A stretch of 46,608 bases of DNA from Bacillota bacterium. GTDB taxonomy: Bacteria > Bacillota_I > Bacilli_A > RF39 > UBA660. This document shows positions 26,353 to 35,880 of this stretch, piece by piece. A program made the translations under genes and the position numbers. The notes under the pieces are model-generated. The model was not told the origin of the DNA. It did not search any database and saw nothing but the letters and a program-made list of their open reading frames with translations. Numbering within the stretch: the first letter of the stretch is position 1; every line of letters starts with the position of its first letter. Location: NCBI GenBank assembly GCA_022771715.1, contig JALELF010000017.1, positions 1 to 46,608 on the forward strand. Direction: 5' to 3'.

Positions 26353-26385
26353 AAAAAAGGTTATTAACAAGTTATGTTAACAACC
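26353..26385 (-). terminator. Terminator after the ABC permease gene
   Basis: On the minus strand: GGTTGTTAACA-taact-TGTTAATAACC (one mismatch) followed by TTTTTT. Confidence 0.55.
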
Positions 26386-26391
26386 TAATTA

Positions 26392-29037
26392 TTATATATT
26401 TTCTTCTCTTAAAGCTTCTAATATATTTTCTTTCTTGATTTTACTACTAGCATACATCATACTAATTAATACTATTACAAATACACCTATTATGGCGATT
26501 AGGATACTTTTCCATGGTATTAATACTTGTTTAAATGAGTTAATTGTTCCAAATGAATTATGAAGTAACAATATAACTATTAATGATACTGGTATACCAT
26601 ATAAAAGTGATTTTAAACCAAAGAATAAACTTTCAAAATATAGTATTTTATTAAAGCCATTAGGTGTTAAACCTATACTTCTTAACATTGAAAATTCTTT
26701 TCTTCTTAAATTAATACTAGTATTTATTGTGTTAAACACACTAGTAACTCCTATTAGTGTAACTAATGAAATAAAGCCATATAATAATATTTTAACAACA
26801 ATAACTATATTAGTAATAAGTTTTAAATCTTCTTTTACGTTATAGGCATAAAGTCTTACATTATCATCATCTTTTGTATTTTCAACTATCTTTTCTAACA
26901 ATGGCCATACTTTACCATATTTTGGAGCTTTAATGAAAGTTGAAAATTCATTGGAATAATATAATGGTGTATCTATTTCATATTTAATAGCTAAATCCTC
27001 TGATATAATGATTGAAACATTATATCCACTTGAATTTAAATCTATAAATTTTGGTAACTTATCAGTATAATATAAATTGTTAAGTGGTAATCCTACTTCA
27101 ATTGTTCCCCATTTCCAGCCATCTTCTTCATAATGGCTTTCTGTTACTTTATATAATTGTAAATCAACATTTTTACCACTATAAGGTATATCTTTCATCT
27201 TTTTTCTTTTACCATCATTATAACTAATGTATTCATTCTTATTAACTATAATTACTCTATCTTCTTTTAGACCAATTTCTTTCTTATATTTTTGATAATC
27301 TTCATTGCTTAAAATTGTTATAAATGTATTTAAGTAACCATTTTCAAAAGAAGTATCACCACCTTGAACTTCATCAAGTGTAATTTCTTTAACGTTTGGT
27401 TTTGTGTAAAAGTCATCATCCTGTTTTTTTACATATAAATCAGATATTCGTGATACTGTAATTGCTTCTTTTACTTCTTCATGGTTAAGAGCCTCTTTAA
27501 TTAAATTTAAATATTGGTCTTTATCTAGTATTTTAGTAGCGTCTAATGAATATGAATATACTTGAATATCATAGTCAGGAATATCTGTCATATCAACTGC
27601 TGTATCTAATCCATATTCTGTAAATGCACTAAATGAAATAAACAAAACAATACTTATAAATAAGGAAATAATAGTAACCCTATATTTTTTCTTATTTCGC
27701 TTCATGTTTTTTAAAGCTAATTCACCTTCTACACCAAATATTTTACTAATAAATTTTGGTGTTTTTAATTTACTATTTTTTATTTTAATATCATCGTTTT
27801 GTCTAATAGCTGTTATAGGACTTACACGTGATGCGATTTTACTTGGAATATAAGCTGAAACAAAAATTGTAATAATCATAAATATAACAGGAATTATCAT
27901 AAACAAAGGATATATACTTAAAGCTAGTGGATATGAGAATAAGTTAGGAAGTAATTTATTAATAATTATTAATACTGTACCTATTCCGACAATACCACTT
28001 AATATACCAAGAGGTATTCCAATTAAAGCAACAATAAAGGCTTCAAAAAATACTGTTTTTGCCAATTGTTTACGAGTTGCGCCTATACTTGAAAATAACC
28101 CAAATTGTTTTTTCCTTTCCATAACTGAGATTGCAAATGAATTATATATTACAATAATACAAGCTATTGAAACAAGTGTTAATATAATTGTTATAACTCC
28201 AGCCATACCACTTAATATATTAGAATATCTACTTGCGCCACTTAATGAAAGAAGTGAATCATTATATTCGACGTCTTCATAACATTCATTAGATACTCTT
28301 TCACATAGATTTTCATAACCTAATGATTTTGCAATATCTGAACTTACTTTATATGTATTTCTTGGATTTTTGTAATTAACTAGAACTTTAGCAAAGTTAT
28401 TTCCTTCTACTTTACTTTTAGTAAAAGCCATATAAGCAGGATCACTATAAGACTCTGTTATATCTCTTTCAATTATTCCTACTACTTTATATTCTTTAGT
28501 ACTAATATTTTCTAAAGTTTCTTCAAAATCATAGGAATCTTTAAATGTTTGAATTTGACCATTTAAGTAACGAGTACCAACTTTTAAAGTAATTATATCG
28601 CCTACTTTAATATCAACTTTTTCGTTAAATAAATGTTTTGGTAAAACTATTTCACTATCGTTTTGTGGAATAGTTCCTTCTACTAATTTCAAGTTACTAA
28701 AGTAGTTATCACTTGCTGTTACTACTTCAATATAAGGATTTCTACTATCATTTAATTCTTCAATCTTAGCATATCCTAATGGATATATATAGTTATATGA
28801 TTCAACTTTATTATTATTTTTAATTAGATTTAATTTGTCATAATCCATATTGATTATAACGTGTTGACTACCATTATTATTAATTATTTCTTTTATTGTA
28901 TTATCTCTGATAGTTGAAAAAAGTAAACCAATACCTACCATCAAAGCAGTCGATAAAATTACACCAATTATAGTAACGATAGTTCTTTTTTTATTCATTT
29001 TTAAATGCTTAATCGTTAATTTATTCAAAATATTCAT
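26392..29037 (-). CDS. ABC transporter permease, MacB/FtsX type, with two FtsX modules and two large extracytoplasmic domains (881 aa)
   Basis: N-terminal TM helix followed by a large loop and a 3-TM FtsX block (residues approx 270-400), with the same arrangement repeated at the C-terminus. Its start overlaps the ATPase stop by 1 nt. Confidence 0.8.
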   Translation of the reverse strand: MNILNKLTIKHLKMNKKRTIVTIIGVILSTALMVGIGLLFSTIRDNTIKEIINNNGSQHVIINMDYDKLNLIKNNNKVESYNYIYPLGYAKIEELNDSRNPYIEVVTASDNYFSNLKLVEGTIPQNDSEIVLPKHLFNEKVDIKVGDIITLKVGTRYLNGQIQTFKDSYDFEETLENISTKEYKVVGIIERDITESYSDPAYMAFTKSKVEGNNFAKVLVNYKNPRNTYKVSSDIAKSLGYENLCERVSNECYEDVEYNDSLLSLSGASRYSNILSGMAGVITIILTLVSIACIIVIYNSFAISVMERKKQFGLFSSIGATRKQLAKTVFFEAFIVALIGIPLGILSGIVGIGTVLIIINKLLPNLFSYPLALSIYPLFMIIPVIFMIITIFVSAYIPSKIASRVSPITAIRQNDDIKIKNSKLKTPKFISKIFGVEGELALKNMKRNKKKYRVTIISLFISIVLFISFSAFTEYGLDTAVDMTDIPDYDIQVYSYSLDATKILDKDQYLNLIKEALNHEEVKEAITVSRISDLYVKKQDDDFYTKPNVKEITLDEVQGGDTSFENGYLNTFITILSNEDYQKYKKEIGLKEDRVIIVNKNEYISYNDGKRKKMKDIPYSGKNVDLQLYKVTESHYEEDGWKWGTIEVGLPLNNLYYTDKLPKFIDLNSSGYNVSIIISEDLAIKYEIDTPLYYSNEFSTFIKAPKYGKVWPLLEKIVENTKDDDNVRLYAYNVKEDLKLITNIVIVVKILLYGFISLVTLIGVTSVFNTINTSINLRRKEFSMLRSIGLTPNGFNKILYFESLFFGLKSLLYGIPVSLIVILLLHNSFGTINSFKQVLIPWKSILIAIIGVFVIVLISMMYASSKIKKENILEALREENI

Positions 29038-29717
29038 TATTTTACCTTCTCATCTGATATGATTTTTCCATCTTCGATAGTTATAATACGATCAGCACTT
29101 AAAGCTAAATTATGATCATGAGTAATCATAATAATAGTTTGTTTATATTTTTCATTAGATAGTTTTAGCAAGTCAATTATTTCTCTACTTGCTTTACTAT
29201 CTAAGTTACCTGTCGGCTCATCAGCCAAAAGAATACTAGGTCTATTCATTAAAGCTCTACCTATTGATACTCTTTGTTGTTGACCACCAGATAGTTCATT
29301 AGGTAAATGATTTACACGACTTTTTAAATTAAGTGTTTCGATTAATTCATTTAAATATTCTTCATCTGGTTTTTTATTATCTAAAAGAATTGGTAATGTC
29401 ATATTTTCTTTAACATTTAAAATAGGTATTAAATTATAAAATTGATAAATAAGGCCTACTTGTCTTCTTCTAAATATAGCTAAATTATTTTCGTTTAATT
29501 TATATACATCTTCGCCATCTACATAAACTTTACCACTAGTTGGCCTATCTACTCCACCTAAAATATGAAGTAATGTACTTTTTCCTGAACCAGAAGAACC
29601 TACAATAGCTACAAATTCTCCTTTTTCAACGCTAAAACTAACTTTGTCTAAAGCTTTTACTAAGGTATTACCTTTACCATAATTTTTACTTAAATTTTCT
29701 ACTTTTAATATTTCCAT
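29037..29717 (-). CDS. ABC transporter ATP-binding protein (MacB/LolD-like)
   Basis: Walker A GSSGSGKST, signature LSGGQQQRV, Walker B LLADEPTGNLD. The start MEILKVENL at 29717 has a better RBS than the track start at 29735. Confidence 0.9.
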   Translation of the reverse strand: MEILKVENLSKNYGKGNTLVKALDKVSFSVEKGEFVAIVGSSGSGKSTLLHILGGVDRPTSGKVYVDGEDVYKLNENNLAIFRRRQVGLIYQFYNLIPILNVKENMTLPILLDNKKPDEEYLNELIETLNLKSRVNHLPNELSGGQQQRVSIGRALMNRPSILLADEPTGNLDSKASREIIDLLKLSNEKYKQTIIMITHDHNLALSADRIITIEDGKIISDEKVK

Positions 29718-29790
29718 ACATCTCTTTCCTTTCATATTGATTATATTAAACTTATATTACGAATAAATGACTTTTATAATTACAATTATG

Positions 29791-30984
29791 TCACTTATAA
29801 AATTTTATCTTGAAAGTTGTATATTTGTTTTTCTCACTTGTAACTTCAATAATACCATTTTCTTTTTCTATTATTGTTTTAGCCATGTTAAGACCAATTC
29901 CTATACTTTCTTTATTATTTTCGCCTTTATAAAACCTTTCAAATATATGATTTATATCATCTTTACTTATTCCTTCACCATTATCGGTTATATTTATTTC
30001 TGTATATATAGGATTATCTAATACATCTATTTTGATTTCACCATTTATCTTAGTATGTTCATAAGCATTCTTTAAAATATTAATAAGAGCTTCTATTGTC
30101 CAGTTTAAATCAACTTTTATAAATAAGTCATTAGGACTATTTATAATTAGTTTTTGATTTTTAAGTTCAATTGGTATTTTTAAAGGTTCAACTACTTTTT
30201 CTATTAAATTATTTATATTAATTTTTTCTTTTTTTAGTTTTATAGTTCCACTATCAAGTCTAGATATTTTTAGTAAGCTAGTTACTAACCATTCTATTCT
30301 TTCTAATTGTAACCTATTTTTATTTAAAAATTCTTTTCTTTTTTTCTTATCTAAATTATCATCTAATAACAAATCATTAATTACATACATAGATGTTAAT
30401 GGCGTTTTTATTTGATGAGAAATATCTGATAGAATTACTTCTAAGTTCTTTTTTTCTGATAGTGTATTTTCTTTTTCTTCTTTTAAAAGCATTGTTATTT
30501 TGTATATATCATTTTTTAATTTTGATAATTCATCTTCATTATAATCTCTTATATCAAATGTATCTTTATTATTTAATATATCTTTTATATATTTATCTAT
30601 TTGCTTTATTTTTCTATTTTCATTAATGACATACAAAACATAAATAAAAACCAAAGATAATACAAACACAAGGTATTTAATTATTTCATCTTTTAATAAA
30701 TTGTTATTTTCTACATCATAATAAGAAATAATATCAGTATTATCTAAGCCATACTTTTCTAATATTGTTCTATCAACATTTTTTTTATTTTGAATTAAAT
30801 CTTCTATTATTTCTTTTTCTAATTCTGGATGTTTTTCTATTATTGCATTTATTATGTAAGCATTATTATTTATAATGTTATTTCGATATATTTTCGTTTT
30901 TTCATTAAATATTATAATTATTTGTACTAAGCCTAATAGAAAAACTAATGTAAATAGAATAAAATATATTTTTCTATTTTTCAT
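29791..30984 (-). CDS. Sensor histidine kinase (two TM helices, HisKA + HATPase_c)
   Basis: H-box SDISHQIKTPLT, N-box NILKNAYEHT, G-boxes DNGEGI and GIGLNMAK. Confidence 0.85.
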   Translation of the reverse strand: MKNRKIYFILFTLVFLLGLVQIIIIFNEKTKIYRNNIINNNAYIINAIIEKHPELEKEIIEDLIQNKKNVDRTILEKYGLDNTDIISYYDVENNNLLKDEIIKYLVFVLSLVFIYVLYVINENRKIKQIDKYIKDILNNKDTFDIRDYNEDELSKLKNDIYKITMLLKEEKENTLSEKKNLEVILSDISHQIKTPLTSMYVINDLLLDDNLDKKKRKEFLNKNRLQLERIEWLVTSLLKISRLDSGTIKLKKEKININNLIEKVVEPLKIPIELKNQKLIINSPNDLFIKVDLNWTIEALINILKNAYEHTKINGEIKIDVLDNPIYTEINITDNGEGISKDDINHIFERFYKGENNKESIGIGLNMAKTIIEKENGIIEVTSEKNKYTTFKIKFYK

Positions 30985-31654
30985 TGTACACTCCTATTTT
31001 ATAACCTACTCCTCTTACTGTTTCAATAATACGTGGAGCTGTTGGATTATCTTCTATTTTTTCTCTTATTCTTTTAATATAAACGGTTAATGTATTATCG
31101 TTTACGTATTCTTCATTAACATCCCATATATCAGCAAGTATTTTTTCTCTTGTAAAAACTACATTGGGATTAAGCGCTAATGTCAAAAGTATTTTATATT
31201 CAAGAGCAGTTAACATAACATCTATATTATTTTTAAATACTTTAGCCTGATTTAAATCAATAGTTATATCTTTTATTTTTATTATATTTGAATTATTTTT
31301 ATTATTTCTTCTTAAGACATTTTTGATTCTTGATATTAATTCTCTTGCTTTAAATGGTTTAGTGATATAATCATCTGCTCCCATATCAAGGCCTCTTACT
31401 ATTGATACTTCTAAATCATTGGCGGTTAAAAAGATAATGGGTACATCTTTTTTTGCTATTAATACTTTAAATAAATCAAACCCATTTTTGTCTGGTACAT
31501 TAATATCTAATAAAACAATATCTATATCATTATCATATAAATCAAGACCAATTTTTGCATTTTTAGCTTCTAATACATTAAAAGATTCTTGTTCTAAATA
31601 ATAAGTTAGCCCCATTCTTATTGCTTCATCATCTTCAATAATTAATAAATTCAT
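30974..31654 (-). CDS. OmpR/PhoB-family response regulator
   Basis: REC domain with LIIEDDE, LLDINVPDKNG and FLTA. C-terminal winged helix ending in TVRGVGYKI. Overlaps the kinase start by 11 nt. Confidence 0.9.
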   Translation of the reverse strand: MNLLIIEDDEAIRMGLTYYLEQESFNVLEAKNAKIGLDLYDNDIDIVLLDINVPDKNGFDLFKVLIAKKDVPIIFLTANDLEVSIVRGLDMGADDYITKPFKARELISRIKNVLRRNNKNNSNIIKIKDITIDLNQAKVFKNNIDVMLTALEYKILLTLALNPNVVFTREKILADIWDVNEEYVNDNTLTVYIKRIREKIEDNPTAPRIIETVRGVGYKIGVYNEK

Positions 31655-31725
31655 AATATCACCACTTTAATTATATATTATTTTTAATGATTTTTAGTGA
31701 AAAATTTGTAAGAAAAAAAGAATAT

Positions 31726-32319
31726 TTATTTTAATCGATATTCTTTATCTCTATTTTTTATTTCTTTTTTATATTCTTCATGTTTTTTTAAAACTTTTCT
31801 TAGTTTATCTGTACCATAATATTGAATTTTCAAGTTTTCTTTCCATTGCATTAATAACTGTTTTAATTCTTTGTTTGTACATGACTGACCTTCTTTTGAA
31901 AGAATTGAATCTATCTCGTAAGTAGAAAATAGTTTTAAATATTTAGCTTTACATTCTTCATCATCTCTAGCTAATATTAATATAAATCTTCGATCATTGA
32001 GTATTTCTTTGATTTTTGCTGGTGTATCACTATAAAGGGTACGTAGTTTTCTTACGCTTTCTCTATTTTCTTCAATTATTACGATTGAACCCTTATAATT
32101 TCTACCAGTTCTATTATTTATTTCTTCTAAAATCGATTTATTTTTGTTAAGATAATCTTCTATTTGTTCTTGAAAATACTCTCTAACTTCATTTGAATTA
32201 GCAAAATGATTCATAGTATAGGCATCTAATCTTCTTGGGTCAGTTGGGCATGTAAGTTTTAAATAATTAATTCCATTAGGAAGTGGTTCTTTTCCTAAAA
32301 GTAAACATAAACTCCTCAT
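31726..32319 (-). CDS. Hypothetical protein (197 aa), no recognisable family
   Basis: Track ORF with AGGTGA upstream of the ATG and a near-consensus sigma-A promoter upstream. Confidence 0.55.
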   Translation of the reverse strand: MRSLCLLLGKEPLPNGINYLKLTCPTDPRRLDAYTMNHFANSNEVREYFQEQIEDYLNKNKSILEEINNRTGRNYKGSIVIIEENRESVRKLRTLYSDTPAKIKEILNDRRFILILARDDEECKAKYLKLFSTYEIDSILSKEGQSCTNKELKQLLMQWKENLKIQYYGTDKLRKVLKKHEEYKKEIKNRDKEYRLK

Positions 32320-32335
32320 AGTATCACCTGGCTAT

Positions 32336-32364
32336 ATAATAACAAAAGAAAACTAATGTGTCAA
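32336..32364 (-). promoter_or_regulatory. Sigma-A type promoter (TTGACA-17 nt-TATTAT) for the 197-aa gene
   Basis: The minus strand reads TTGACAcattagttttcttttgtTATTAT. The -35 element is at 32359-32364 and the -10 element at 32336-32341. Confidence 0.55.
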
Positions 32365-32504
32365 ATTATTTAAAATATCCTAATTTCTTTACTTTATTAT
32401 ATATTAGAACATGTTGTTATAGTCCTTAGTGCTCCTGCTATAACATACAAGAATGATTCACGCTAATTATATCTAATAATAGTACATATTTATATTCTAT
32501 ACAA

Positions 32505-32532
32505 TAAAAAACTACAATATTTCTATTATAGT
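32505..32532 (-). terminator. Terminator after divIB
   Basis: On the minus strand: ACTATAAT-agaaat-ATTGTAGT (one G-U pair) followed by TTTTTT. Confidence 0.5.
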
Positions 32533-32548
32533 TAAGCTTGTATTTTTA

Positions 32549-33226
32549 TCAATTTTCCATTATTTTAAAGTATTCACCAGAATCTAAATATAAAATTCCC
32601 TTTTTATTTTCTAAATTTTTAACTATATCTATATAACTATTTATACTTTCAAATTTATATAAAGTTAAATAAACATAATTATTATCGTTCATAGTAAGTA
32701 AAAATCTTTCACTATCAACGTTATTAGGATTATATTCTATTTCTGATATTCTTTTTAAAATATCAATATCAACTTTTCTCATTTTATTTAAAAAGTCAGT
32801 ATAAATAGTATCAGGAACATAATTAATAAGAACTGGTGCATCTAAACATTCTTCTACTTCTTTTCCATTTAATAAAACTGTTTTGTTTAAGGAAGCTTTA
32901 TAAAATAGTGGTCTATTTTCTTCTACTTCTATATATACTTCTTTTCTATTTTTTTTATATACTTTAGCTGAATTTATATAAATATTTTCTTCAAGTCTTT
33001 CTTTTATTGCTCTAGATGAATTAGTAGCGGTTACAGGATAATCAGAAAGACGTGCTATTTCAATTATTTCTTCATCTGATAAAAAGTTATTATTTGTAAT
33101 ATATATATTGGTAATTCTTTGTTTTAGAAAGCTATCTACACCTACATATATTATATATACAACCAAAAGAAAAACAACTAAATTTTGATATTTAATTCTA
33201 TATTTTTTAGTTTTTTTCTTTTTCAT
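32549..33226 (-). CDS. divIB: Cell division protein DivIB/FtsQ (POTRA domain)
   Basis: Basic N-terminus, a single TM helix (LVVFLLVVYIIYVGV), then a POTRA-like segment ITNIYITNNNFLSDEEIIEIA...VYIEVEENRPLF. Located after murG-murB. Confidence 0.8.
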   Translation of the reverse strand: MKKKKTKKYRIKYQNLVVFLLVVYIIYVGVDSFLKQRITNIYITNNNFLSDEEIIEIARLSDYPVTATNSSRAIKERLEENIYINSAKVYKKNRKEVYIEVEENRPLFYKASLNKTVLLNGKEVEECLDAPVLINYVPDTIYTDFLNKMRKVDIDILKRISEIEYNPNNVDSERFLLTMNDNNYVYLTLYKFESINSYIDIVKNLENKKGILYLDSGEYFKIMEN

Positions 33227-33234
33227 AGTATCAC

Positions 33235-34140
33235 CTATTCTACAATTTCTTGTTCTATTTTTAAGTCAATCCCATATTCTTTTTTTACTTTTTCTTTTAT
33301 TTCAAATATTAATTTTTTTATATCTTTTCCTGTAGCTTTACCAGTATTTATGATGAAATTCGCATGTTTTTCACTGACTTTAGCTCCATTAACACTTTTA
33401 CCTTTATATCCAATAGCTTCTATTAATCTGCCCGCATAGTCATTCTCTGGATTTCTAAATACACTACCTGCACTTGGATATTCTAATGGTTGTGTTTCAA
33501 GTCTTCTTTGTTTTCTATCTTCCATTATTTCTAATATTTCATTTTTTTCTTTTTTATCTAATTTTAAAGTTACTTCTAAACATATAAATCCACTATTTTT
33601 CATTAGAAAACTAGTTCTATAATGAAAATCTAGTTCTTTATTATTCATTGTAATAACATGATAGTCTGGTGTTAAAACTAAGATATCTTTTACTATATAT
33701 CCCATATCACTTTTATAAGCACCAGCATTCATGTATATAGCTCCACCAACAGTTCCTGGTATCCCTGATGCGAATTCTAAACCACTAAGTCCTAAATTGG
33801 CAACTTTATATGAAAGTTTTATTAAGCTATATCCTGCTCCTACTGTTACTAAATTATCTTCTATTTTTAAATTATTAAATTCATCTAATTTAATTAAAAT
33901 ACCATCATAATATTTTGTAAATATTAAATTAGAACCATTTCCTATTATTTTGTATTTTATATCATTATCATTTAGAAATTTTAATAATTTAATTAATGAT
34001 TCAGTATCTTTTGGATAAACTAACCCTTTAGCTTCTTCTTGAAGCTTGTAAGTTGTATATTTTTTTAAATCAACATTAGATAATACTTTACCAATCTTTA
34101 ATTTTTTTATCTCACTTATTATATTCATATTATTTACCAT
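33235..34140 (-). CDS. murB: UDP-N-acetylenolpyruvoylglucosamine reductase MurB
   Basis: FAD-binding region IIGNGSNLIF, GIPGTVGGAIYMNAGAY, and the C-terminal SAGSVFRNP...GAKVSEKHANFIIN. Confidence 0.9.
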   Translation of the reverse strand: MVNNMNIISEIKKLKIGKVLSNVDLKKYTTYKLQEEAKGLVYPKDTESLIKLLKFLNDNDIKYKIIGNGSNLIFTKYYDGILIKLDEFNNLKIEDNLVTVGAGYSLIKLSYKVANLGLSGLEFASGIPGTVGGAIYMNAGAYKSDMGYIVKDILVLTPDYHVITMNNKELDFHYRTSFLMKNSGFICLEVTLKLDKKEKNEILEIMEDRKQRRLETQPLEYPSAGSVFRNPENDYAGRLIEAIGYKGKSVNGAKVSEKHANFIINTGKATGKDIKKLIFEIKEKVKKEYGIDLKIEQEIVE

Positions 34141-35212
34141 CTACTAACTTTCTAATTTCATTATAAATTAAAGTAGCACTTTCTCTTACATCTAATGCTT
34201 CTAAATTGCTTTTCATGACATTTAATTTTACTTCATCATTTAATAATTTGTCAACTGTTCTTACTAGAATATCACCTTTTAAATCCTTTTCTTCTATCAT
34301 AATTGCAGCATCGTTTTTAACTAAATCTAAACCATTTTTATATTGATGGTTATCTGGAACATAAGGGCTTGGTATTAAAATAGAAGGAATTCTTAAAGCA
34401 ATTATTTCGCTTAATGTACTAGCACCACATCTACTAATAATTAAATCAGCTTTTTTCATAATTCTTACTTGATTTTCAATATATGGTACTACTTTTACGT
34501 TTTTAGAAAATTTGTTTTTACTTATTTCTTCATAAGAATCTTTACCAGTTACGAATAATATCTCATATTCTTTATTATTAAATAAACTCATTGTTTTAAC
34601 TAAAAACTTATTTACATTAGCTGAACCTAATGAACCCATAACAATATAAACTAATTTTTTGTTTTCGGTCAAATTTAGTTCTTTTTTGTTCATAGCATTA
34701 GCTTTTACTGCATTTTCACTGCATGGATTACCAGTAAACACTACTTTTTCTTTAGGAAGTAAATTCATTGATGATTTAAATGAGACTGCTATTTTATCTA
34801 CATACTTACTTAAAAATTTATTACATTTTCCTGGAACACTATTTTGTTCATGAATTAATGTTTTATATTTTAGATTATGAGCAGCATATATAACTGGACC
34901 AGTTACATAACCACCAACACCAATTACGATATCAGGATTAAATTCTTTTATCATCTTTTTGCATTCTTTATAGCTTGTATAAAATGTTTTAATTGTTTTA
35001 AAGTTTTTTAATAGTTTTTTTCTATTAAAACCATATATTGTGATAGTTTTAAAAGGAATATTATATTTAGGAATTATGTCTTTTTCCATACGATTATGAG
35101 TTCCTATATATAAAAATTCACTATTAGGTTCTTTTTCTTTTATTTTATTTATGATGGCTAAAGCTGGATATATATGTCCACCAGTACCACCTGCACTTAT
35201 AACAACTTTCAT
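34130..35212 (-). CDS. murG: Undecaprenyldiphospho-muramoylpentapeptide beta-N-acetylglucosaminyltransferase MurG
   Basis: GGTGGHIYPALA N-terminal motif, ...GGYVTGPV..., and C-terminal RCGASTLSEI. Confidence 0.9.
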   Translation of the reverse strand: MKVVISAGGTGGHIYPALAIINKIKEKEPNSEFLYIGTHNRMEKDIIPKYNIPFKTITIYGFNRKKLLKNFKTIKTFYTSYKECKKMIKEFNPDIVIGVGGYVTGPVIYAAHNLKYKTLIHEQNSVPGKCNKFLSKYVDKIAVSFKSSMNLLPKEKVVFTGNPCSENAVKANAMNKKELNLTENKKLVYIVMGSLGSANVNKFLVKTMSLFNNKEYEILFVTGKDSYEEISKNKFSKNVKVVPYIENQVRIMKKADLIISRCGASTLSEIIALRIPSILIPSPYVPDNHQYKNGLDLVKNDAAIMIEEKDLKGDILVRTVDKLLNDEVKLNVMKSNLEALDVRESATLIYNEIRKLVDGK

Positions 35213-35302
35213 CCTATCACTCCATTCATATTATACCATAATTATATTCATTTACCAATAAATTTAGAAAGACTTGAGAAAAAGAGTGACTTTTTTGTCA
35301 CA

Positions 35303-35342
35303 TAAATAAAAAGAAGGAACTATACAAATACATATTCCTTCT
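35303..35342 (-). terminator. Terminator at the end of nrdG
   Basis: On the minus strand: AGAAGGAA-15 nt-TTCCTTCT followed by TTTTATTT. A second, smaller hairpin GTGAC-a6-GTCAC with a T-run follows at 35279-35301. Confidence 0.5.
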
Positions 35343-35880
35343 TAATAACAACTTCTTCTTTATTTTTATATTTACTAACTTCACAAGCTTTCTTCAAACT
35401 AAGACTTTTTTTAATATCTAGTATTCTTTGATTTTTAGAACCTCTAAAAATAACATCGAAACTTTTTTCTTCCAATATAAATTTTCCATCAACTAAGACA
35501 TCAATAGTATTTAGAAGTTCTAATAGTTTTTTATTACTTCTAGTCATAATAAGTAATTGTTCAAAAGTAAATCCAGTATAACACCATATATTCATGCCCT
35601 TACTTTTAATATATTTAGCAAGAGACAAAACAGCATCAACTTGAAATAAAGGATCTCCTCCTGAAAAAGTAATACCATCTTGATTAGACAATAAATCAAT
35701 TTCTTTTTTTAAATCATCTATTTTTTTTACAAATCCTTTTTTAAAGTCATGTGTTTCAGGATTATGACATCCCTTACAATCATGAGAACAACCTTGTGTC
35801 CAAATAACGGTTCTAATTCCTTCGCCATCAACAATACTATCAGTTTGAATTTCACTAGCAAGTCTAATAGTCTCTGCCAT
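35320..35880 (-). CDS. nrdG: Anaerobic ribonucleoside-triphosphate reductase activating protein NrdG (radical SAM)
   Basis: CSHDCKGCHNPET (CxxxCxxC) and GITFSGGDP. Overlaps the end of nrdD. Confidence 0.9.
   Translation of the reverse strand: MAETIRLASEIQTDSIVDGEGIRTVIWTQGCSHDCKGCHNPETHDFKKGFVKKIDDLKKEIDLLSNQDGITFSGGDPLFQVDAVLSLAKYIKSKGMNIWCYTGFTFEQLLIMTRSNKKLLELLNTIDVLVDGKFILEEKSFDVIFRGSKNQRILDIKKSLSLKKACEVSKYKNKEEVVIKKEYVFV

Noticed and set aside
16514-29735. Longer N-terminal extensions given in the ORF track for several genes (16514 HIT, 17287 small protein, 17913 hypothetical, 19149 dCMP deaminase, 26332 ligA, 29735 ABC ATPase)
   Set aside because: In each case an internal ATG is preceded by a good Shine-Dalgarno sequence, starts at the conserved family N-terminus and removes overlaps with neighbouring genes. 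The upstream extensions have no RBS.
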